A DNA stretch of 64,000 nt from Sphingobacteriaceae bacterium (lineage in GTDB: Bacteria > Bacteroidota > Bacteroidia > Sphingobacteriales > Sphingobacteriaceae). Of the stretch, positions 8,805 to 18,992 are shown one piece after another. Under the pieces are notes generated by a model. The model had not been told where the DNA came from and searched no databases. It worked only from the letters and a program-made list of their open reading frames with translations. Where the stretch lies: contig CANGZD010000003.1 of assembly GCA_947458875.1 (NCBI GenBank), positions 6,690 to 70,689 of the forward strand, given 5' to 3'. The stretch's first letter is position 1. Every line of letters begins with the position of its first letter. The position numbers and the translations under genes are program-made.

Positions 8805-11432
8805 ATGACAGCGCAGGAAATCAGAAGCAAATTTTTAGACTTTTTTAAAAGTAAACAACATCAGATTGTGCCATCGGCACCCATGGTGATCAAGAACGAT
8901 CCAACCTTGATGTTCACCAATGCCGGGATGAATCAGTTTAAAGATCTGTTTCTGGGTGAAGCTGCCATTAAATATCACAGAGTAGCCGATACACAACGTT
9001 GTTTAAGGGTTTCAGGTAAACATAACGACTTGGAGGAAGTGGGTATCGATACCTATCATCACACCATGTTCGAAATGTTGGGCAATTGGAGTTTTGGAGA
9101 TTATTTTAAGGAGGAAGCCATTGCTTGGAGCTGGGAATTACTTACTGAAGTTTACAAAATCCCAAAAGAAAACTTGTACGTTACGGTTTTTGGAGGTGAT
9201 GAAAAAGAAGGCTTACCAAAAGATCAGGAAGCCTACGATTTATGGAAGAAGCACATTGCCGAAGACCGCATAGTGCTTGGAAATAAAAAGGATAATTTTT
9301 GGGAAATGGGTGATACAGGTCCTTGCGGCCCTTGCACAGAGATCCATTTCGATTGCCGCTTGGCTGCCGAAAAGCAGCAGGTAGATGGCAAAACTTTGGT
9401 CAACGCAGATCATCCTCAACTCATAGAGATTTGGAATAACGTGTTTATGCAGTTTAACCGCCTAAAAGACGGTTCTCTTCAGTCATTACCAGCCAAGCAT
9501 GTGGATACCGGTATGGGACTAGAGCGTTTGGTTCGCGTAATGCAAGGAAAATTTTCCAACTATGATACCGATATTTTTCAGCCATTGATTCAGCTGATTG
9601 CTGAAAAAAGTGGAATTGCTTATCAGGGTGATGCTGAGCCTGAAGATGCCAATTGGGCTACAGATGTGGCCATGCGTGTAATGGCCGATCACATTCGTGC
9701 CATTGCTTTTGCCATTTCTGATGGTCAATTACCTGCTAACACGGGTGCAGGCTACGTAATTCGTCGTATTTTACGTCGTGCAGTTCGCTATGCCTACACC
9801 AATTTGGGCTTCAAAGAACCTTTTTTAAATCAATTAATTCCCGTTTTGGCCAAGCAGTTTGATGGGGTTTTTCCTGAGTTAATTGCCCAGCAAGATTTTG
9901 TTCAGAAAGTAGTGCTTGAAGAAGAGCAATCTTTCCTACGCACATTAGCAACAGGAATTCAGCGTTTTGAACGATATGCAGCGGATCAACAAATCATTGC
10001 TGGCGATTTTGCTTTCGAGTTATATGATACTTATGGTTTTCCTATCGATTTGACCGAATTAATGGCTCGAGAAAAAGGTTTGAAGGTAGATATGAATGGT
10101 TTCCAAAAAGCCCTATCTGTTCAAAAAGATCGTTCAAGAGCTGCTACTGCCATCGATACCGGTGATTGGATTCAGGTAAATGCCGGCGAGGAAGTAGAAT
10201 TTGTAGGTTACGATACCACTGAAGTAGCCTCAAAAATTCTTAAATATCGTAAAATTAATGCCAAGGGTAAAGAACAGTACCAGCTCGTTTTAGACCGAAC
10301 TCCGTTTTATGCAGAGAGTGGTGGTCAGGTTGGAGATACTGGTTTCCTGGAAGCCGCAGGTGAAATCACCTTAATTACCGATACCAAAAAGGAAAATGGC
10401 TTGATCGTTCATTTCACAGAGGCCCTTCCTTCTGATCTGAAAGCAGGATTTACTGCCAAGGTGGATATCGCAAAACGTAAAGAAACAGCTGGCAATCACT
10501 CTGCTACGCACTTGCTTCACGCTGCGTTAAAACAGGTATTGGGAAGTCATGTAAACCAGAAAGGTTCATTGGTAAATGCTGATTATTTGCGTTTCGACTT
10601 TTCACACTTTGCTAAAGTTACGGATGAAGAATTGAGTCGGATTGAGCAGATTGTCAATGAAAAGATCAGAGAAAATATCTACTTGAAAGAAGAAAGAAAT
10701 GTGCCTTACCAGCAAGCAATTGATTCTGGTGTGACAGCTTTGTTTGGTGAAAAATATGGCGATTTTGTTCGTGTGATCACCTTCGATGATCAGTTTTCAA
10801 AAGAGCTTTGTGGTGGTATTCACGTAAATACTACCGGACAAATTGGTTATTTCAAGATGGTATCTGAAAGTGCGGTGGCTGCTGGTGTTCGCAGAATTGA
10901 AGCAATAACCGGAACGGCTGCGTCAGCTTACATTGCACAACAGGAGTATTTGTTGCATAACATCAAAGCTTTACTGAAAAATCCAAAAGATTTGGCAGCT
11001 TCTGTAGAACAGTTATTGGAAGAAAATACGGCGTTAAAGAAGCAGGTAGAAAAATCCATTTTAGAAAAGGCTGCCGGTCTAAAAACAGAATTGGCTAAAC
11101 AAGCTGTACAGATAAATGGAATCAATTTTATTGCACAAAAAGTCGATCTTCCGAGTGCAGAAGCAGTGAAAACACTCGCTTATAATCTTAAAGATATTGT
11201 TGCTGACCTATTCTTGGTTTTAGCTGCCGAAATTGAAGGTAAGCCGAGTCTAACCGTTATGGTTTCAGATAATTTGGTAAAAGAAAAAGGTCTTCATGCT
11301 GGTAATATTATCCGCGAATTAGCTAAAGATATTGATGGAGGAGGTGGTGGACAGCCTTTCTTTGCCACAGCAGGAGGGAAGAACACCTCCGGATTGTCTC
11401 AGGCATTGGAGAAGGCCAAAAGCTTTATTTAA
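8805..11432 (+). CDS. alaS: alanine--tRNA ligase
   Basis: 875 aa with HHTMFEMLGNWSFGDYFK, the editing-domain HxxxH region and a C-terminal GGGG motif. Confidence 0.95.
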   Translation: MTAQEIRSKFLDFFKSKQHQIVPSAPMVIKNDPTLMFTNAGMNQFKDLFLGEAAIKYHRVADTQRCLRVSGKHNDLEEVGIDTYHHTMFEMLGNWSFGDYFKEEAIAWSWELLTEVYKIPKENLYVTVFGGDEKEGLPKDQEAYDLWKKHIAEDRIVLGNKKDNFWEMGDTGPCGPCTEIHFDCRLAAEKQQVDGKTLVNADHPQLIEIWNNVFMQFNRLKDGSLQSLPAKHVDTGMGLERLVRVMQGKFSNYDTDIFQPLIQLIAEKSGIAYQGDAEPEDANWATDVAMRVMADHIRAIAFAISDGQLPANTGAGYVIRRILRRAVRYAYTNLGFKEPFLNQLIPVLAKQFDGVFPELIAQQDFVQKVVLEEEQSFLRTLATGIQRFERYAADQQIIAGDFAFELYDTYGFPIDLTELMAREKGLKVDMNGFQKALSVQKDRSRAATAIDTGDWIQVNAGEEVEFVGYDTTEVASKILKYRKINAKGKEQYQLVLDRTPFYAESGGQVGDTGFLEAAGEITLITDTKKENGLIVHFTEALPSDLKAGFTAKVDIAKRKETAGNHSATHLLHAALKQVLGSHVNQKGSLVNADYLRFDFSHFAKVTDEELSRIEQIVNEKIRENIYLKEERNVPYQQAIDSGVTALFGEKYGDFVRVITFDDQFSKELCGGIHVNTTGQIGYFKMVSESAVAAGVRRIEAITGTAASAYIAQQEYLLHNIKALLKNPKDLAASVEQLLEENTALKKQVEKSILEKAAGLKTELAKQAVQINGINFIAQKVDLPSAEAVKTLAYNLKDIVADLFLVLAAEIEGKPSLTVMVSDNLVKEKGLHAGNIIRELAKDIDGGGGGQPFFATAGGKNTSGLSQALEKAKSFI

Positions 11433-11437
11433 TAATA

Positions 11438-11463
11438 AAAAAGCCCCAATTTGGGGCTTTTTT
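11438..11463. terminator. bidirectional rho-independent terminator
   Basis: aaaagcccca-att-tggggctttt hairpin flanked by an A-run and a T-run, between the convergent stops at 11432 and 11465. Confidence 0.7.
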
Positions 11464-11464
11464 G

Positions 11465-11986
11465 TTAGTGTTTTTTCTTACCTTTTTGATTTGAGTAATC
11501 ATCTTTAATTACACGGTCACCTTTATCAGCTTGATGTATCTTCTTAGTTTGTCCCGGAGGCGCTCCATGCGGATGTCCTTTTACTACAAAGTATTTTGGG
11601 TCATCACTAAATTTGATGACTTTTTGTTTACCATTCCAGCCCCGGTATTTAGCATATTTTGTTCGGTGGTTTTTAAACTGAAGGTAGGGTGTAGGTCCGT
11701 TGATTACTACTTTATAGCCATTAAACAAGTTGTAGGAAGCATAACGTTTAGGCAGAGAACTACTAAAGATCCACTTGCCGTTATTCAAATAAATAAATTG
11801 GCCACGCCCAACATTGTAATAAGCCTCCACATCGGGCAAATAATAATAATCAACTCGATCGTAGCCAACCGGTCCCCAAAGTGGCTGCATGCCGATGTTA
11901 ACATTCACCTGAATCTGGGCAATACTGCTTTTGCCCATTATCCCAATCGTGATCAGGATTAAATAAAATATTTTTTTCATAATCAT
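11465..11986 (-). CDS. hypothetical secreted protein, Tyr/Trp/Lys-rich
   Basis: Signal peptide MIMKKIFYLILITIGIMG..AQ. Candidate in-frame ATGs are at 12016, 11986 and 11980, so the start is uncertain. Lys-rich C-terminus. Confidence 0.5.
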   Translation of the reverse strand: MIMKKIFYLILITIGIMGKSSIAQIQVNVNIGMQPLWGPVGYDRVDYYYLPDVEAYYNVGRGQFIYLNNGKWIFSSSLPKRYASYNLFNGYKVVINGPTPYLQFKNHRTKYAKYRGWNGKQKVIKFSDDPKYFVVKGHPHGAPPGQTKKIHQADKGDRVIKDDYSNQKGKKKH

Positions 11987-12042
11987 TGTGTAGGTTTTTA
12001 AAATAGCTACCCACATAATAAACTTCTGAGATGCAGATTTAG

Positions 12043-12050
12043 TACCTTTG
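12043..12050 (+). promoter_or_regulatory. -7 promoter element (TAnnTTTG)
   Basis: TACCTTTG lies 20 nt upstream of the ATG at 12071. Confidence 0.45.
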
Positions 12051-12070
12051 AGAAATAAAATTTTTGCTCG

Positions 12071-13165
12071 ATGAAAAAATTGATTTATCTGTTCCTAGGA
12101 ATTTTCTTGCTAAATGCTTGTAAGAACAAAGATGCTTTTGTAGTAAATGGTAAGGTTGAGAATGCCGGTAATCTGAAAAAAGTCTTACTATATCAGAATA
12201 ATGAATTAATTGATTCTGCTTTTTTGAATGAAAATCAGGAATTCAAGTTTACCAGAGTAGCTCCAATTGCAGGTTTTTATAACCTGAGCTTGAATGACCA
12301 GAATATCACTTTTGTTGCTCAAAATGGTGATGAACTGGAGTTTAAAATGGACCTTAATAAGCCATCGGGTTCATACGAAGTGGAGGGTAACGAAGCCAGC
12401 GAAAAGCTGCAAATATTTAATGAATTGAGCGCCAAATACACCAAAGTATTTGCTGAAATTCAGGAAGAATTTGTTCAAAAGGTTAGTGAAAACCCCGAAT
12501 TACAGGATTCGCTCAACAAAGTTTTAGGTCCGCGTTACGAGAAAAATTTACAGGCGTATTCCCAAGCTGCTTTTAAATTCGGTAAAGAGCAAACTGATAA
12601 TTTAGCGGGTTTCTATGCCATGAGCACTTTAGATCAGGTTAAATTTGAGCAGCCATTAATTGAATATGCCAATAAGATCAAAGGTAAGTTTCCACAAAAT
12701 GAAGCCGTCAATCAGTTTATCAAACGGATGGATGCCATAGCTCCTTTATCCATTGGTCGTATGGCTCCTGCATTCGATTTGCCAACAGCCGATGGTAAGG
12801 TTGTTAGGCTGGCTGATTTCAAAGGAAAATATGTATTGCTCGATTTTTGGGCATCTTGGTGTGGCCCTTGCCGTCAGGAAAACCCAAATATTGTTCGTCT
12901 GTACAATCGATTTAAAGACAAAAATTTTACCATTTTGGGTGTTTCTTTGGATGATGATAAGGCTGACTGGTTGAAAGCCATCAAAGATGACGGTTTAACC
13001 TGGACACAAGTTTCTGAATTGAAACGCTGGGACAGTCCGATTGCGAATCTTTACAAGATAGAGAGTATTCCTGCATCATTTTTATTAGATCCACAGGGTA
13101 AAATCATCGCAAAAAATCTAAGAGGTGCCGATTTGGAGAATTTTTTGGTGAACACACTGAAATAG
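12071..13165 (+). CDS. TlpA-like thiol:disulfide oxidoreductase lipoprotein
   Basis: Lipobox LLNAC, an N-terminal accessory domain and a C-terminal thioredoxin fold with WASWCGPC. Confidence 0.8.
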   Translation: MKKLIYLFLGIFLLNACKNKDAFVVNGKVENAGNLKKVLLYQNNELIDSAFLNENQEFKFTRVAPIAGFYNLSLNDQNITFVAQNGDELEFKMDLNKPSGSYEVEGNEASEKLQIFNELSAKYTKVFAEIQEEFVQKVSENPELQDSLNKVLGPRYEKNLQAYSQAAFKFGKEQTDNLAGFYAMSTLDQVKFEQPLIEYANKIKGKFPQNEAVNQFIKRMDAIAPLSIGRMAPAFDLPTADGKVVRLADFKGKYVLLDFWASWCGPCRQENPNIVRLYNRFKDKNFTILGVSLDDDKADWLKAIKDDGLTWTQVSELKRWDSPIANLYKIESIPASFLLDPQGKIIAKNLRGADLENFLVNTLK

Positions 13166-13237
13166 TTTTTTAATTATTTGTTAACATTAATTTAATAATT
13201 AGAATCTTAAAGGCACTTAGATTAGTGAAAAATTAGC

Positions 13238-13930
13238 ATGAGTAACCAGTTGCCTAAAATTCTGATTGTAGATGATGAGGAAGACATCCTCGAACTAATT
13301 GAGTTTAATCTTTTGAAAGAAGGTTATCAGGTTTTTACTGCCCGAAATGGACAGGATGGTATTAATGAAGCTAAAAAAATAAAACCAGACCTCATCATTC
13401 TGGATGTTATGATGCCTAAAATGGACGGTATTGAAGCCTGTCGCATCATGCGCTCCCTGCCTGAGTTTAAAAACACCTTTATGGTTTTTTTAACAGCTCG
13501 AAACGAAGAATATTCTGAAATTGCCGGCTTCAACGTTGGGGCAGATGATTACATCGCAAAACCAATCAAACCAAGGGCTTTAGTGAGCCGTATCAACGCT
13601 ATTTTACGCAGAAACGTACAACAGGAAAGCGACAATAATCAAGTTAAAAGTTTTGAAATTTCCGATTTACGCATCGATCGTGAAGCATTTTTAGTATATA
13701 AAAAAGGCCAGAAAGTAGTTTTAGCGAAAAAAGAATTTGAATTATTGTATTTGTTGGCCTCTCGTCCGGGTAAGGTTTTTACCCGTGAGCAAATATTAAA
13801 AAGTATCTGGGACGATTCTGTTATCGTAACCAATCGTACCATCGATGTACACATCCGAAAGCTAAGAGAAAAACTTGGTGAGCAATATGTAGGGACAGTA
13901 AAAGGGGTTGGTTATAAATTCGAAGCCTAA
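13238..13930 (+). CDS. OmpR/PhoB-family response regulator
   Basis: Receiver domain (ILIVDDE.., DLIILDVMMPKMDG) plus a winged-helix output domain (..RTIDVHIRKLREKL..GVGYKF). No histidine kinase is adjacent. Confidence 0.85.
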   Translation: MSNQLPKILIVDDEEDILELIEFNLLKEGYQVFTARNGQDGINEAKKIKPDLIILDVMMPKMDGIEACRIMRSLPEFKNTFMVFLTARNEEYSEIAGFNVGADDYIAKPIKPRALVSRINAILRRNVQQESDNNQVKSFEISDLRIDREAFLVYKKGQKVVLAKKEFELLYLLASRPGKVFTREQILKSIWDDSVIVTNRTIDVHIRKLREKLGEQYVGTVKGVGYKFEA

Positions 13931-13947
13931 ATATTCAAACATCCTCT

Positions 13948-13955
13948 TATTTTTG
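13948..13955 (+). promoter_or_regulatory. -7 promoter element (TAnnTTTG)
   Basis: TATTTTTG lies 20 nt upstream of the TTG start at 13976. Confidence 0.4.
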
Positions 13956-13975
13956 CAGCAAATAAACGCTGAATT

Positions 13976-14695
13976 TTGAAATTCCCCCCTTTTAAAGAAA
14001 TTATTCTTTTTGAAAACGATGACCTAATAGTGGTAAATAAACCACCTTTTCTGAGCTCATTAGATGACAGGGATGGAGGAGAGATCAATTTACTGCGTTT
14101 AGCCAAACAATATGCTACAGATGCTCAAATTTGCCACCGTTTAGACAAAGAAACCTCTGGTGCCATCATCATCGCTAAAAATCCGGAGGCCTACCGATTT
14201 GTTTCCATGCAATTTGAACACAGGGAAGTTTCTAAAATTTATCATGCCATTATCAACGGATCTCACCAATTTGAAGACCTACTTGTTGATTTACCAATCC
14301 TCAATTTAGGGAATAAAAATGTAGCCATCAGCAAACAAGATGGCAAAGCCGCTCAAACCTATTTCAAATCGCTCGTTTTTTTCAAACACTATACTTTGGT
14401 AGAGTGTAAACCGATTACCGGGCGGATGCATCAAATTCGTATTCACCTGGCTTCTCAGCGTGCGGCCATTGCCGGGGATGAGATGTATGGCGGACAGCCA
14501 GTAATGCTTTCTGATATTAAGCGTGGCTATAAATTAGGAAAAGACCAGGAAGAGCTTCCCATTATGAAGAGATTTGCGCTACATGCCAAAGAAGTCAGCT
14601 TCAAGATAAATCCCGAAACTGAAATTTCAGTTCATGCACCTTACCCAAAGGATTTTGCCACACTCCTGAAATTATTAGAAAAATTCGATCAATAA
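13976..14695 (+). CDS. RluA-family pseudouridine synthase
   Basis: Catalytic motif HRLDKETSGAIIIAK. Starts at TTG; the next in-frame Met is far downstream. Confidence 0.8.
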   Translation: MKFPPFKEIILFENDDLIVVNKPPFLSSLDDRDGGEINLLRLAKQYATDAQICHRLDKETSGAIIIAKNPEAYRFVSMQFEHREVSKIYHAIINGSHQFEDLLVDLPILNLGNKNVAISKQDGKAAQTYFKSLVFFKHYTLVECKPITGRMHQIRIHLASQRAAIAGDEMYGGQPVMLSDIKRGYKLGKDQEELPIMKRFALHAKEVSFKINPETEISVHAPYPKDFATLLKLLEKFDQ

Positions 14696-16084
14696 TTAGG
14701 AAGTGTAGCCTAATATCTTGAGTACCTGCTTGCTATTCTGCTCTTCGCCAAAAACTTCAAAATTGAAAGTTTCATCACGGTTGCGACGGATGATGACGTG
14801 TTTAGGAGAAGGTAATAGGCAATGATGAATGCCACCATAACCACTTAGTACTTCTTGGTAGGCACCGGTGTGGAAAAAGCCAAGGTATTGTACTTTCCGG
14901 GTTTTAGGCATAAAAACGTTGTTCATGTGCGCTTCCTGATTATAATAATCCTGGCCATCGCAAGTAATACCACCTAAATTCACCCTTTCATATTCCGAAT
15001 CCCAATTATTGATCGGTAAGAGGATATATTTCTGATTCAGGGCCCAAACATCCGGCAAATTGGTAATGAATGAACCATCCAGCATCAACCATTTCTCCCG
15101 GTCATTTTGCTGTTTACGACCCAAAACTTTATATAAAATGCCCGAAGCTTCTGCAACGGTATATTTACCGAACTCCGTAATGATATCCGGTTCCATCACT
15201 TCGTGCTCGGCGCAAATTTCTTTAATACGTTTCACGATCTCGTTTACCATGTATTCATAATCGAAATCGAAAACCAATGAATCTTTAAAAGGCATGCCGC
15301 CACCAATATCTAAAGTGGTTAAATCGGGGTTTATCTTTTTGAAACGGCAATACAGCGTTACGTATTTCTCTAATTCGTTCCAGTAATAGGGCGTGTCAGA
15401 AATACCTGAATTGATAAAGAAATGCAGTAATTTAACCTTAAAATTAGGGTTCGATGCAATTTTATTTTTATAAAAATCGATCACATCTTCCAAAGGAATA
15501 CCCAAACGAGAAGTGTAAAACTGAGAATCGGGTTGTTCTTCTGATGCAATTCTGATGCCTAAACTGCAAGGAATGTCCAACTCATCGTCGTACACATTGA
15601 ATTCTTCCTTATTGTCCAGCACCGGCACAATATTCTGGAAGCCATCATGGAACATATCAATGATGTATTGCTTGTATTGAGCCGTTTTAAAACCGTTGCA
15701 AATAACCGTAATGTTTTTGTCTAAGGCACCTTTTTTCTCTAAAGAATCGATCATGGGCATATCAAATGCCGATGAAGTTTCCAAGTGTATATCGTTCTTT
15801 AGCGCTTCTTCTACAATGTGGCGGAAGTGCGAACTTTTGGTGCAATAACAGTATTTGTAGCTGCCGCGATAGTTGTTCTTAACGATAGCCGTTTGGAACA
15901 TGAGCTTGGCCTCCTGAATTTTTTTACTGATGATGGGCAAGTAAGTAAAACGCAGGGGAGTACCATACGTTTCAATCATTTCCATCAGGTTCAATTCATG
16001 GAAATATAACTCGTCATCAATAACCTCAAAGCCTTCTTGAGGGAAACCTACACTCAGGTCTATAAATTCGGCGTAGCTCTGCAT
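14696..16084 (-). CDS. fold-type III PLP-dependent decarboxylase, probable arginine decarboxylase
   Basis: 462 aa Orn/DAP/Arg decarboxylase-like sequence. Divergent from an arginase-family gene. Confidence 0.6.
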   Translation of the reverse strand: MQSYAEFIDLSVGFPQEGFEVIDDELYFHELNLMEMIETYGTPLRFTYLPIISKKIQEAKLMFQTAIVKNNYRGSYKYCYCTKSSHFRHIVEEALKNDIHLETSSAFDMPMIDSLEKKGALDKNITVICNGFKTAQYKQYIIDMFHDGFQNIVPVLDNKEEFNVYDDELDIPCSLGIRIASEEQPDSQFYTSRLGIPLEDVIDFYKNKIASNPNFKVKLLHFFINSGISDTPYYWNELEKYVTLYCRFKKINPDLTTLDIGGGMPFKDSLVFDFDYEYMVNEIVKRIKEICAEHEVMEPDIITEFGKYTVAEASGILYKVLGRKQQNDREKWLMLDGSFITNLPDVWALNQKYILLPINNWDSEYERVNLGGITCDGQDYYNQEAHMNNVFMPKTRKVQYLGFFHTGAYQEVLSGYGGIHHCLLPSPKHVIIRRNRDETFNFEVFGEEQNSKQVLKILGYTS

Positions 16085-16100
16085 TTTTTATTAATTTTGG

Positions 16101-16108
16101 CAAAGATA
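16101..16108 (-). promoter_or_regulatory. -7 promoter element (TAnnTTTG on minus strand)
   Basis: Plus-strand CAAAGATA equals TATCTTTG on the minus strand, 16 nt upstream of the ATG at 16084. Confidence 0.4.
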
Positions 16109-16183
16109 AAAAAGCAGAAGCAATGGCTTTAGTGTTTTTACATATAATTTATCGCTAAGCCAAAGAAAATCGGAGCGCATATT

Positions 16184-17131
16184 ATGAAAGAAATCAAGAT
16201 TGTTGAAGTAAAGTCTGAAATTGGGGCCGGTACCCGTGGCGCCAGTTTAGGGGTTGATGCCATAAAAATTGCCGCTCTAGACTTTGGTAGCCGATATTTC
16301 AAGAAACACAAATCGGTTGAAGTACCTAACGAGAACCACCTATTACTCGAATCTTCAGGAAATGGTTATGCAAAACGGATTTCTGGTATATTAACCATGA
16401 CTGAGCGGGTGGCAGAGGAAATATCCAAAACTTTAAAAAACGAAGAATTTCCTATTGTTTTGGCTGGCGATCATAGCACTGCTGCCGGAACCATTTCGGG
16501 AATCAGAATGGCTCACCCAAAATTAAAACTTGGTGTGATTTGGGTTGATGCGCATGCAGATATTCATTCACCTTATACCACCCCATCTGGCAATTTACAT
16601 GGAATGCCCATTGCCATTGTTTTAGATGAAGATAATATTGAATCTAAAGTAAATAAACCCGATCAGGAAACACTCAATTACTGGTTTCAGCTTAAGAATA
16701 TTGGAAATATTGCTCCAAAAATCAATTATAGCGATTTGGTCTACATTGGTGTCAGAGATACCGAAGTTCAAGAGAACTTTTTGTTAAAGCGCAATAAAGT
16801 GAAGAATTTTACGCTCTCTGAAATACGTAAAAGAGGGGTAGAGCGTATCGCAATCGATGCTTTACAGTTATTAGATCATTGTGATTTAATTTATGTTTCT
16901 TTCGATGTAGATTCTATGGATGCCTCCATATCTAAAGGAACAGGCACACCGGTGGCAAATGGTTTAACTGAAAGAGAAGCAGGTAACCTTATTGCCCGCT
17001 TAATGACTTCTGAAAAAGTTTGTTGCTTTGAGATGGTAGAAGTAAATCCTACGCTCGACAAAGAAAACCTCATGGCCGAAAATGCATTTGAAATCCTGGT
17101 AAGGGCCACCAATGCTTTACTAAACGATTAA
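16184..17131 (+). CDS. arginase-family hydrolase (arginase/agmatinase/formimidoylglutamase)
   Basis: Mn-binding motifs GDHS, WVDAHADIH and SFDVDSMD. Confidence 0.75.
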   Translation: MKEIKIVEVKSEIGAGTRGASLGVDAIKIAALDFGSRYFKKHKSVEVPNENHLLLESSGNGYAKRISGILTMTERVAEEISKTLKNEEFPIVLAGDHSTAAGTISGIRMAHPKLKLGVIWVDAHADIHSPYTTPSGNLHGMPIAIVLDEDNIESKVNKPDQETLNYWFQLKNIGNIAPKINYSDLVYIGVRDTEVQENFLLKRNKVKNFTLSEIRKRGVERIAIDALQLLDHCDLIYVSFDVDSMDASISKGTGTPVANGLTEREAGNLIARLMTSEKVCCFEMVEVNPTLDKENLMAENAFEILVRATNALLND

Positions 17132-17155
17132 ATTTACGCAGCTCCATATACCCGC

Positions 17156-18934
17156 ATGACATTAGAACAAAAGATACTTTTTCATCTTTCTGAAGCAGTA
17201 AAAACCATCTATCAATCAACAACTGAAACCAATCAATTCAATCTGCAGGAAACCAGGAAAGAGTTTGAAGGTCAGATTACTGTGGTAACTTTTCCAATTA
17301 CTCGAATCTCAAAAAAATCGCCTGAACAAACCGGAGAAGATCTGGGTAATTATTTAAAAGCTAATGTGGATGAAATTATCTCATTTAATGTCATTAAAGG
17401 CTTTTTGAACTTGGTCATCAGCGATGAATATTGGTTTCAACAGTTAAAAAATGAATACTTGAATCCCAACTATGGCATCATGCCTACAAGCGGAAAAAAA
17501 GTGATGGTGGAGTATTCATCTCCAAACACAAACAAACCACTCCACTTAGGACATATTCGTAATAACCTGCTCGGCTATTCTGTTGCCGAAATATTGGCTG
17601 CCAACGGAAATGAGGTCATTAAAACAAATTTGGTGAACGATCGGGGCATACATATTTGCAAGTCGATGTTGGCCTGGCAGAAATTCGGGAACGGTGAAAC
17701 TCCCGAAAGCAGCGGATTAAAGGGAGACCACCTGGTTGGGAAGTATTACGTCATCTTCGATAAAGAATACAAAAAACAGCAGGATGAGTTGAAAGCAAAA
17801 GGCCAATCGGAAGAGGAAGCCAAGAAAAATGCTGCTTTAATTCAGGAAGCTCAACAAATGCTCCAAGCTTGGGAGGCTGGCGATGAAGCGGTCATTACGC
17901 TCTGGAAAACCATGAACAGCTGGGTGTATGCAGGTTTTGAACAGACCTATTCTAAATTGGGGGTCGATTTTCAGAAATTTTACTACGAATCTGATACCTA
18001 TTTATTGGGCAAAGACATTATTGATGAAGGCTTATCAAAAGGCATTTTCTTTAAAAAGCCAGATGGTTCTGTGTGGATTGATTTAACTACCGAAGGTCTG
18101 GATGAAAAATTAGTATTGCGTGCCGATGGTACTTCTGTTTACATTACCCAAGATCTAGGAACTGCCCAGTTGAAATACAACGATTTCGGAATGGAGGAGT
18201 CCATCTACGTGGTTGGCAATGAACAGGATTACCATTTCAAGGTTTTATTCCTGATTTTGGAGAAACTTGGAAAATCATGGGCAAAAGGCTTATACCATTT
18301 ATCTTACGGTATGGTTGATTTGCCTACCGGAAAAATGAAATCGAGAGAGGGGACAGTGGTAGATGCAGACGATTTAATTGATGAAATGGTGGCCACAGCG
18401 AAGCAACGTACCGAAGAACTGGGAAAAGTGGACGGATTTTCGGAGGAGGAGAAAGCAAACTTATACCAGATGATTGGCCTGGGTGCACTTAAATATTTCC
18501 TTTTAAAAGTAGAACCCAAGAAACGTTTGTTATTTGATCCCAACGAATCGATCGATTTTCAAGGTAATACCGGGCCTTTTGTTCAATACACTCATGCCCG
18601 TATTTGCTCTGTATTAGCCAAAGCAGCATTTAATGGGAACGAACAATTCAATTTTCCGGGCCAATTAAGTGATACAGAAAGAGATTTAATTGTAATGCTT
18701 TCGCAATACCTCCAAATCCTGCAAAATGCAGCTAAGGAACACAGTCCGGCTTTAGTTGCCAACTATGTTTATGAATTGTCCAAATTATACAATAAGTTCT
18801 ATCACGAAGAGCCCATTTTGAAATTGGAAGATGAAAACTTAAAAACTTTCCGTTTGGCGCTATCTAAATCAACCGCAGCAGTAATCAATAAGGCAATGGC
18901 TTTGCTGGGTATTCTGGTGCCGGAGAGGATGTGA
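17156..18934 (+). CDS. argS: arginine--tRNA ligase
   Basis: Class I HIGH motif (PLHLGHIRN), a KMSKS-like MKSREG and 592 aa length. Confidence 0.9.
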   Translation: MTLEQKILFHLSEAVKTIYQSTTETNQFNLQETRKEFEGQITVVTFPITRISKKSPEQTGEDLGNYLKANVDEIISFNVIKGFLNLVISDEYWFQQLKNEYLNPNYGIMPTSGKKVMVEYSSPNTNKPLHLGHIRNNLLGYSVAEILAANGNEVIKTNLVNDRGIHICKSMLAWQKFGNGETPESSGLKGDHLVGKYYVIFDKEYKKQQDELKAKGQSEEEAKKNAALIQEAQQMLQAWEAGDEAVITLWKTMNSWVYAGFEQTYSKLGVDFQKFYYESDTYLLGKDIIDEGLSKGIFFKKPDGSVWIDLTTEGLDEKLVLRADGTSVYITQDLGTAQLKYNDFGMEESIYVVGNEQDYHFKVLFLILEKLGKSWAKGLYHLSYGMVDLPTGKMKSREGTVVDADDLIDEMVATAKQRTEELGKVDGFSEEEKANLYQMIGLGALKYFLLKVEPKKRLLFDPNESIDFQGNTGPFVQYTHARICSVLAKAAFNGNEQFNFPGQLSDTERDLIVMLSQYLQILQNAAKEHSPALVANYVYELSKLYNKFYHEEPILKLEDENLKTFRLALSKSTAAVINKAMALLGILVPERM

Positions 18935-18992
18935 TTTTTGTTCTAAAAACATAAAATAAAACTTTTTATCATTCGTTATTGATTGAAAGATA

